A DNA stretch of 64,000 nucleotides, taken from NCBI GenBank assembly GCA_963662275.1, contig OY759316.1, positions 3,808,001 through 3,872,000 on the forward strand, written 5' to 3'. This stretch comes from Candidatus Cloacimonadales bacterium. GTDB taxonomy: Bacteria > Cloacimonadota > Cloacimonadia > Cloacimonadales > DAONDQ01. Position numbers and translations under genes: made by a program. Each line of letters begins with the position of its first letter. The stretch's first letter is position 1. The notes beneath the pieces are model-generated. The model searched no databases and was not told the DNA's origin. It was given only the letters and a program-made list of their open reading frames with translations. Positions 57,527-64,000 of the stretch are shown one piece after another.

Positions 57527-58567
57527 ATGTACATCATTATTCTGCTAGTCTATTCCATCGGTCACTTCATCATTGATTTGACGACAGGATTGGCTCATTA
57601 TGGTCAGAATGAGTTTTATTATTCCGGTTTCGGCTGGAGCGTCGGTCAGACTTTCATGTATAATACACTGGCATTCGGGATCCAGCCTTTTCTCGGGTAT
57701 TTGATAGACCGTTGGAATATTAGCCGTTTTGCTGCTATCTTGGGATGTCTCTTAGCAGGATCATCCCTCCTTCTTTTACCGAATCCTTCGCTCTCCATCG
57801 TATTTGCAGGAATCGGGAATGCCCTCTACCATTTGGGAGCTGGCGTTTCTGTATGGCGTTTATTTCCCCGAAAAGCCTGGGCTCTCGGTGTTCTTGTGGG
57901 ACCCGGCGCTTTGGGGATTACGTGGAGCCGAACATTAGGAGCAGACGTGGGATATTACATGTCACCTGTTATAACGGTGCTGATGTTTCTGACTATGATG
58001 ATCATCTTCCTGCCGAATTTAGAGAAAATCAAGAGAATTTATGAACCTTTGAAGATTCCCCGGGGGGCAATGCCGATCATTCTTTTATTGCTCATTTCCA
58101 CCATGATACGGTCTTACATCGGCATGAATCTTAATTTTCCCTGGAAAACCGGTGCAAATATGGCTTTGTTTCTTGTACTAGCGATTGCATCAGGTAAAAT
58201 GTTGGGCGGTTTCGCAGCGGATCATTTTGGCAGGATCAAAGCCTCAGCCATTGCTCTCGTACTCGCTGCTCCTCTAATTGCCTGGGGCACATCTGTTCCG
58301 ATAAGTGGTATATTCGGGACATTCCTGTTTCAATCAACGATGGCAGTTACACTTTTAGGTTTATTCCTGGAACTTCCTGAAAATCCAGCCTTTGCGTTTG
58401 GTTTACTTTGTTTCGCATTATGGGTGGGTATGTTCTTTACCCAGGTTGTACCTGTTAAGTTGCCTCATCCAGCAATATACTGCATCGTTATCATACTTAC
58501 ATCATGTGCTGCCTTATGTAGTGGGTTATGGCTTCAGCTCAAAAAAGAACATTCTAGAAACGAATAA
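57527..58567 (+). CDS. MFS-like transporter
   Basis: About 11-12 TMs; GYLIDRW and GGFAADHFGR motif-A-like loops; GAGG RBS. Confidence 0.7.
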   Translation: MYIIILLVYSIGHFIIDLTTGLAHYGQNEFYYSGFGWSVGQTFMYNTLAFGIQPFLGYLIDRWNISRFAAILGCLLAGSSLLLLPNPSLSIVFAGIGNALYHLGAGVSVWRLFPRKAWALGVLVGPGALGITWSRTLGADVGYYMSPVITVLMFLTMMIIFLPNLEKIKRIYEPLKIPRGAMPIILLLLISTMIRSYIGMNLNFPWKTGANMALFLVLAIASGKMLGGFAADHFGRIKASAIALVLAAPLIAWGTSVPISGIFGTFLFQSTMAVTLLGLFLELPENPAFAFGLLCFALWVGMFFTQVVPVKLPHPAIYCIVIILTSCAALCSGLWLQLKKEHSRNE

Positions 58568-58654
58568 TTAAGCCAAATAAGGCAACAATACAAGTCCAGC
58601 AGAATAAGAAGCCAGGTTACAGGCAGCCGATTAGAAAAGAGCTTTTATAATGCT
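58568..58654 (-). pseudogene. Detached remnant of a C-terminal membrane domain, probably from the 58674..59381 gene
   Basis: SIIKALF*SAACNLASYSAGLVLLPYLA* aligns with the paralog C-terminus NALILSVACNFNSYIAGVLQLPYLF*. Confidence 0.75.
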
Positions 58655-58673
58655 GGAATTTGCCTATATTTAT

Positions 58674-59381
58674 TTACTTTTGAGAATCTGACATGATTAC
58701 TTTATGATTTTTTAAAGTTGGGGCATAGTCTAATACTCCGTAAATTCTTTGTTTTTGAGCTTTCTGATACGAACTCAAGCTCTTTTCTGGATGTATATGG
58801 AGATGAGAGAAATAAGCTGGTAACGCTTTGAAATTATCCGTTACTATAATTTGATAGTACTTATTCTGATAGATTATTTTATAAAGAAACAGAGAATATT
58901 GGGGACTATCAGGTTTTGATTTAACACCTGTTTTAGTCATTTTGTAATAACTATCCACTTGCTCGAATGCATCAGAACGAAAACTATCAACTGGAAAATT
59001 GATTGGTTCTTGTTTCGCTATATCTTTGTCCGTAACACCTGTATCAATGCGATATTCTCCGAAACGTCCGTGTTTTTCATATACAAACTTCGGATACCAT
59101 GGGGTTATAATATCGCTAGTCCATTTAGAATATTCAACGACTATCGAATCCGTGACGATTTTGTTACACTTGCCTTGCCGACGTTTGACGAAGTAAAAAT
59201 CAGTTTTCGGATATGCTTTTAGTCCTGTTATATGTACAATATTCTTGCTATACTTTATGGGAACAAGTGTTTTTTCACGCTTAATTTCTGCCAATTCTGC
59301 TTTTGAAAGTGCTATATCACTCCATAAAGATATAGATAAAATTATCATAGCTACGAAAAAGAACAATTTGTTTTTTAACAT
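58674..59381 (-). CDS. Secreted hypothetical protein, truncated paralog of the adjacent gene
   Basis: Signal peptide ...ISLWSDI; shares KIVTD, DTG, DSYY, IHP and LKxHKVxM with 59430..60602. Confidence 0.7.
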   Translation of the reverse strand: MLKNKLFFFVAMIILSISLWSDIALSKAELAEIKREKTLVPIKYSKNIVHITGLKAYPKTDFYFVKRRQGKCNKIVTDSIVVEYSKWTSDIITPWYPKFVYEKHGRFGEYRIDTGVTDKDIAKQEPINFPVDSFRSDAFEQVDSYYKMTKTGVKSKPDSPQYSLFLYKIIYQNKYYQIIVTDNFKALPAYFSHLHIHPEKSLSSYQKAQKQRIYGVLDYAPTLKNHKVIMSDSQK

Positions 59382-59429
59382 GCTTCACTTCCTTTTTTTT
59401 AAGTTCAATCAAAACAAACGCAATAAGTA

Positions 59430-60602
59430 TCAAAACAAATATGGCAACTGCAAAACCCCTGCGATATAGGAATTAAAGTTACAGGCGACAGATAAGATGA
59501 GAGCATTTTTAAAGGATATTTTGAATACTTTGGCATACACCAGCGCTTCCACGATAACAGCGAAGAGTTCTGTGGCGATCAGGTTCGGAAGATACTGATT
59601 GATGAATGCAGGGAATATCCACCAGTTGATGGAAATGGTGAATCCGGTCGCTGCTGCACAGGTGATGAAGATTGTAATAAATTGTTCCAGTTTGAAAGGT
59701 GAAACCAAGGTAACGGGCTTGAATAGGATGAGCAGAACTAAAAATTCTATCAGAATTGAATAAATAAGCGCTCTGATAAAATTCCTCTTAAATATTCTCA
59801 TGTCAGGGCTATTCTCAGCATTCATTGCTTTACTAATTTGATTGATAGTTTTCCTTGGAGGATATTTCGCTTGGTCTGGATTTTGAAGACTATTATCTTT
59901 TACATTTATGGGATCATCATTCGTACTTCCAACACTAGGACCCATCCTAACCTTGTGATCTTTCAACTTCCTGGCATAAGACACTACTTCGTCCACATTG
60001 TAGCTCGGATGTATTTGTTCGCTATAGGTTTGTCTTTTATTAAGAAATGTTTGAAATTTGTCGAAATCACCTGTTTCAATGATCTGCAACTGACTATCCT
60101 TGAAGATGCGCTTATTGATTGCAAGAGAATACTTCAGATCATTCTTAGCGGAAGCTGGATTGGATTCCCTGATTTCATAATAACTATCAATTTTATCAAA
60201 TTCCTGATATTTTGGACAATAGGCTGTTAATGTCATCGCTTTCTTGTGATCAATGCTCTTATCTCTCACTAAATCTGCTTCATCATACAGCTTAATGCCA
60301 GTATCTGCTAAATTATATTCCTCTCCTTCCTGGAGTTTCTTAAACTCAGGATCCCAAGAGATAAATTGAGCAAAATATAAGGTGCCGGAACTTACTGTAA
60401 CCACATCAGTCACAATCTTTGTAAATGTGAGTTTTCTTGGGATTCCCGTTGTCTGAACCAGGTAAAAAGTGGTTGGAATCTTCCGAAAGCCTTTGATATA
60501 TGATTGTGATTTGCAATGAGACTGAGGTGTCGGGATGTCTGACCATAAAGAGATACATAAAATAAGCATCACAGCGAATAGGAACAATCGGATCTTATCC
60601 AT
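59430..60602 (-). CDS. Hypothetical protein: signal peptide, exported domain, ~4-TM C-terminal domain
   Basis: 390-aa ORF with GGGAG RBS; hydrophobic C-terminal helices containing polar E/T/N residues. Confidence 0.75.
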   Translation of the reverse strand: MDKIRLFLFAVMLILCISLWSDIPTPQSHCKSQSYIKGFRKIPTTFYLVQTTGIPRKLTFTKIVTDVVTVSSGTLYFAQFISWDPEFKKLQEGEEYNLADTGIKLYDEADLVRDKSIDHKKAMTLTAYCPKYQEFDKIDSYYEIRESNPASAKNDLKYSLAINKRIFKDSQLQIIETGDFDKFQTFLNKRQTYSEQIHPSYNVDEVVSYARKLKDHKVRMGPSVGSTNDDPINVKDNSLQNPDQAKYPPRKTINQISKAMNAENSPDMRIFKRNFIRALIYSILIEFLVLLILFKPVTLVSPFKLEQFITIFITCAAATGFTISINWWIFPAFINQYLPNLIATELFAVIVEALVYAKVFKISFKNALILSVACNFNSYIAGVLQLPYLF

Positions 60603-60774
60603 CTTTGAATCTCCCTTTATTTTCCCTTTCTTGATATTTCCATAAAGAGCAACTTATGTGTCAAGATTAATTTCATTTTCATTTATTTTTGTTCGCTTGT
60701 GACTGTTCACAGTTCTTCATTACCGAGCTAATAGATTGTAGAGAAAAATAACTTTCTCCGAATTTGTACTTATA

Positions 60775-62420
60775 CAGGCATCCCCCCGTAATTTTCTTAA
60801 CAATTAGTTTAGAAGCGTTTATAGTAACAGTCAAACGTTTTGCCGACTTTGAAAATCTGTTTAACATCACTGGTTGGTCAAAACTCCTAAACAGAAACTA
60901 GTGCAATTTGTAATTTACGGTAAACAGAAGAGTTGTGTTTTCACGGTAAAAGCAAAAAGCAGGTATTTTAATAAAACTTATAAAATTATGTGAGAAAATA
61001 AGATAACTATATAGAATGTCCATAATAAAACTGTACAAAAAAAGTGTCTCCGATCTTTTGTTCAAGCACTAAACCAAACCTAAGAAGGAGACACCCATGA
61101 TTAATAAGAAGCAAATCAAAACCAGAGAAACCTTGCAAGTAAAATTGTTACAATTTCTGAATAATTTTAGAGAAACGCAATCTCTACCTGTGTATAAGTT
61201 CATACAGGATATCTGCTTAGGGATACTGAAAAGTAAATCTGTAATTATGCTCCAAATAGCGAAACAGCTAAATGAACCAATCACGGTTAAAAAGCTCTGC
61301 GAACGTTTCACCCGACATTTGAATAAGAAGCCCTTAGGAGATAAGCTGCAAGCGGAAATAATTAGGCATCAGTGCCAGGGTTTTGATGATGAGACAGGCA
61401 TCATAGTTGATGAAAGTGATATCGTAAAAACCAAAGCCAAAAAGATGGAGGGATTGCAGAAGGTGCGTGATGGCAGCACCGGCAGTCATGATCAGCAGGG
61501 CTATGCATTGCTGAATATAATTGCCTATCAGGCAGGCAGTACAGGCTATGAGATAAAACCCATCAGTTCAGACCTGATAGCCCGAAACATGGAACTGGAT
61601 AGCGTCTCTCAGATCATGGAAGACCGGCTAGTGGGGATTATTCTTGCAAGTGGTAACCGTGGAGTAACTATTTTCGACCGTGGCTTTGACAACCGAAATC
61701 TATTCAGCTTTCTGCATGAACATGGACTAAGCTATATCATCAGATCAACAGGTGAAAGAAGTCTTATCATGGATGGCTGCGAACAGAACTTCATGGCAGT
61801 GGCAAAGACAGTGAAACTCGATCATACATTCAATCTGCAAGAATCAGGACAACAGATAAAATGTGGTTTAACGCGGGTGAAGCTGCGTTTGAATCCTTAC
61901 CCTGTAAAATACCCTGATACTACAGATGCCTGGCTTATTGTTGCACAGTTCAGTCCCGATGCTAGTGGCAGACAGGGATATTTCTATTTCATCTGCGACT
62001 TTCCGACACAACCTTATCTGACGGAAAATGCTATCATGGAGAAGGTTTTGCGGATGTATCGCATACGCTGGAAAATCGAAGAGGTCCATCGCCATATCAA
62101 GCAGGAATATGGTTGGGAAAAGATACAACTGAAATCATATACCCGTCTGAAAAACATGAACCAGCTGCTTCTGCTAGCTATGTGCTACCTGTATTCTCTG
62201 AAAAAGTATGCTGGCGTATTTTTAGATGCCTTCCCAAATCTTATGAAATACTCAAATAAACAGTGGAAGCAGATATATGACTTTGTGTATTATCGTCTGT
62301 CAATGCTGATAGAGATGTGTTTTGCCACCGTGACAAGGTACAGGCTCAATCCTTTTGCAGGAAAATGGCTGGATAATCAGCAGCTAAAAATACCTGGTTT
62401 GAAAAACGGGGGGATGTGAG
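60775..62420 (+). mobile_element. IS4-superfamily insertion sequence (1646 bp)
   Basis: Imperfect IR CnnnCATCCCCCCGT at both ends; 14-bp direct repeat AATTTGTACTTATA at 60761-60774 and 62421-62434. Confidence 0.88.
61097..62419 (+). CDS. IS4-type DDE transposase
   Basis: VDESD, FDRGF and YRIRWKIEE (YREK-like) motifs. Confidence 0.88.
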   Translation: MINKKQIKTRETLQVKLLQFLNNFRETQSLPVYKFIQDICLGILKSKSVIMLQIAKQLNEPITVKKLCERFTRHLNKKPLGDKLQAEIIRHQCQGFDDETGIIVDESDIVKTKAKKMEGLQKVRDGSTGSHDQQGYALLNIIAYQAGSTGYEIKPISSDLIARNMELDSVSQIMEDRLVGIILASGNRGVTIFDRGFDNRNLFSFLHEHGLSYIIRSTGERSLIMDGCEQNFMAVAKTVKLDHTFNLQESGQQIKCGLTRVKLRLNPYPVKYPDTTDAWLIVAQFSPDASGRQGYFYFICDFPTQPYLTENAIMEKVLRMYRIRWKIEEVHRHIKQEYGWEKIQLKSYTRLKNMNQLLLLAMCYLYSLKKYAGVFLDAFPNLMKYSNKQWKQIYDFVYYRLSMLIEMCFATVTRYRLNPFAGKWLDNQQLKIPGLKNGGM

Positions 62421-62536
62421 AATTTGTACTTATAACATTGACATATTTTCCAAATTTGTAAAAAATCCGACGGATGTATATAAGGTAAAATGAACTTTTT
62501 CCAGTTGTACATATATTTAGCTGCATAGGAGTATCT

Positions 62537-63202
62537 ATGAACATCGATACTGTATATAAAGTACTTGAAGCTCGATTCCAAACGTATAAAACACCGGTTG
62601 TGGATTTCATTGAGGCTCAGACAAAAGATCCATTCAAGGTGCTTGTCGCTACTATTTTAAGTGCTCGGACAAAAGATGAGACAACTACTGAAACTGTGAA
62701 TATCCTTTTTCAGAAAGTGAATACACCTGATGACCTGGAACAATTGACAGAAGCGGAATTGGATAAAATGATCTTCAAAGTTGGTTTTCATCATACAAAA
62801 GCCAAGCATCTGAAACAATTGCCAGTTGTTCTCAGGGAGAAATTCAACGGTATCATTCCTGATGAGATTGATGATCTTATTCAGTTACCGGGAGTTGGAC
62901 GTAAAACTGCCAACCTGGTGCGAGTTATTGCCTTCAAAAAACCGGGAATATGTGTCGATGTGCATGTACATCGTATTTCAAATCGCTTAGGTTATGTGAA
63001 GACAAAGAACCCATTTGAAACAGAAATGGCATTAAGAAAAATACTACCTGGTAAGTACTGGCTATGTATCAATTCCTATATGGTTGCGTTTGGGCAGAAT
63101 CATTGCACTCCGCTGAATCCATATTGCGATACTTGCCCTATATATGAGGAATGTGATAGAGTAGGAGTCAAAACGAAGTTCGAAGTGCGAAGTGCGAAGT
63201 AA
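62537..63202 (+). CDS. nth: Endonuclease III
   Basis: LPGVGRKTAN HhH, VDVHVHR, C-x6-C-x2-C-x5-C Fe-S motif. Confidence 0.95.
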   Translation: MNIDTVYKVLEARFQTYKTPVVDFIEAQTKDPFKVLVATILSARTKDETTTETVNILFQKVNTPDDLEQLTEAELDKMIFKVGFHHTKAKHLKQLPVVLREKFNGIIPDEIDDLIQLPGVGRKTANLVRVIAFKKPGICVDVHVHRISNRLGYVKTKNPFETEMALRKILPGKYWLCINSYMVAFGQNHCTPLNPYCDTCPIYEECDRVGVKTKFEVRSAK

Positions 63203-63365
63203 CAGAAAGGAAGAGAAGTTCGAAGAGAACAAAAGCAGGTTTCCGCTGACGATGATGAAAAGGAGTGCAGCATGTTGGACTTCGAATCACTTTTATAAAC
63301 TTATAAATACTCTCGACTATAGGTGATTCTGAGTTCAATCCCGTTTTTCCAATTTCACCGGTTAG

Positions 63366-63547
63366 AACTTCCCAAAAAAAGAGTTTTCGCTACCGAGAAT
63401 GAAAGCTGAGTTCTCCGAGTGAACAGATTTATCTATTTGTATCGAGGAGACGACATTGCACAACCTTATAGTGTCACATTGGGTCATTTCGATACAATTT
63501 CTCCTTCGTCGAAATCACTCAATGAACCGGCTCTTAGCTTTCATGTA
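63366..63547 (-). repeat. MITE-like repeat, family B
   Basis: Near-identical to 26508..26691 in reverse orientation; an extra right-end copy at about 63233..63263. Confidence 0.85.
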
Positions 63548-63570
63548 TCACTAAAATTTTAGTTTTAACG

Positions 63571-63597
63571 AAAAGAGACGCCCGCAAGAGCGTCTCT
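63571..63597 (-). terminator. Intrinsic terminator of the last gene
   Basis: AGAGACGCTC-TTGC-GGGCGTCTCT followed by TTT on the minus strand. Confidence 0.75.
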
Positions 63598-63645
63598 GTA
63601 TAAGACACCCATAAAGAGCATCTTCACTTGCGTAGGAGGAGCAAG

Positions 63646-63999
63646 TTAAAATCCTTCTGCGTCACTATAGGTAGTTCTACACATGTATGTATTCAAATTG
63701 ATATTCATCTGCACCATTGGTCTCTTTCCTGATTTAGCTTCATGTCCTAATCCTTTCAGGATGAGCACATCATTCTCCAGTCCGACAACAATAAAATCAC
63801 CATTCTCTGAAGTTGTCCCATAGTTACCGTTATAGGGACCTCCTCGAAAAGTCTGAAAACCAATTGCGAGAGCGATATCGCCAGCCCTGATATGCCTGAT
63901 TTCTGCACCAGCACCGCCTTGAGAAGTAGGAGTTTTCCAGTATTGAACACTTGCCTTTACATATTGCTGCATTTCATTGGCAACTGTTAATCTGTTGGC
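63646..63999 (-). CDS. Hypothetical pilin-like protein (5' partial)
   Basis: Frame open to the window edge: ANRLTVANEMQQYVKASVQYWKTPTSQGGAG, resembling FCB 'ANR...QY.++P...GG.G' pilin-like proteins. Confidence 0.5.
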   Translation of the reverse strand, partial: ANRLTVANEMQQYVKASVQYWKTPTSQGGAGAEIRHIRAGDIALAIGFQTFRGGPYNGNYGTTSENGDFIVVGLENDVLILKGLGHEAKSGKRPMVQMNINLNTYMCRTTYSDAEGF

Positions 64000-64000
64000 A

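Overview
AT-rich bacterial chromosomal window, probably from a diderm anaerobe of the FCB group. Cloacimonadota-like is an inference from gene order, lipoprotein/beta-barrel content and a FlgD-Ig/T9SS-type C-terminal domain remnant. Left: pdp (partial), then rpmF-plsX-fabH-fabD-fabG-acpP-fabF-rnc, a radical SAM gene, an uncharacterised lipoprotein/beta-barrel/vWA module, ispG, an Omp85 gene, a small Pro/Ala lipoprotein, panDC, tmRNA (tag ANDNYALAA) and mgtA. At 21.8-23.7 kb a complete class IIC group II intron sits inside a REP-like hairpin unit, and a 5' fragment of the same intron with the same target hairpin lies at 57 kb. At 26.7-44.6 kb is a Wzx/Wzy exopolysaccharide operon with unusual members: a Pol-beta-type nucleotidyltransferase paired with an alkaline-phosphatase-superfamily enzyme, a STAS anti-anti-sigma factor, and one intact plus two degenerate priming-transferase domains. 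Beside it are udk, an LruC-type lipoprotein, a CHASE4 hybrid kinase and a GT8-like gene. Right: recX-recA-thpR, a ZIP transporter, a Mutator/IS256-type IS (8-bp TSD, frameshift at an A7 run), an MFS gene, two tandem paralogous secreted proteins, an IS4-type IS (14-bp TSD), nth and a partial pilin-like gene. Intergenic regions carry several dispersed repeat families (modular MITE-like elements, REP hairpins, 11-bp phased repeats). No CRISPR array, rRNA or tRNA was seen. All calls are by eye; no searches were run.
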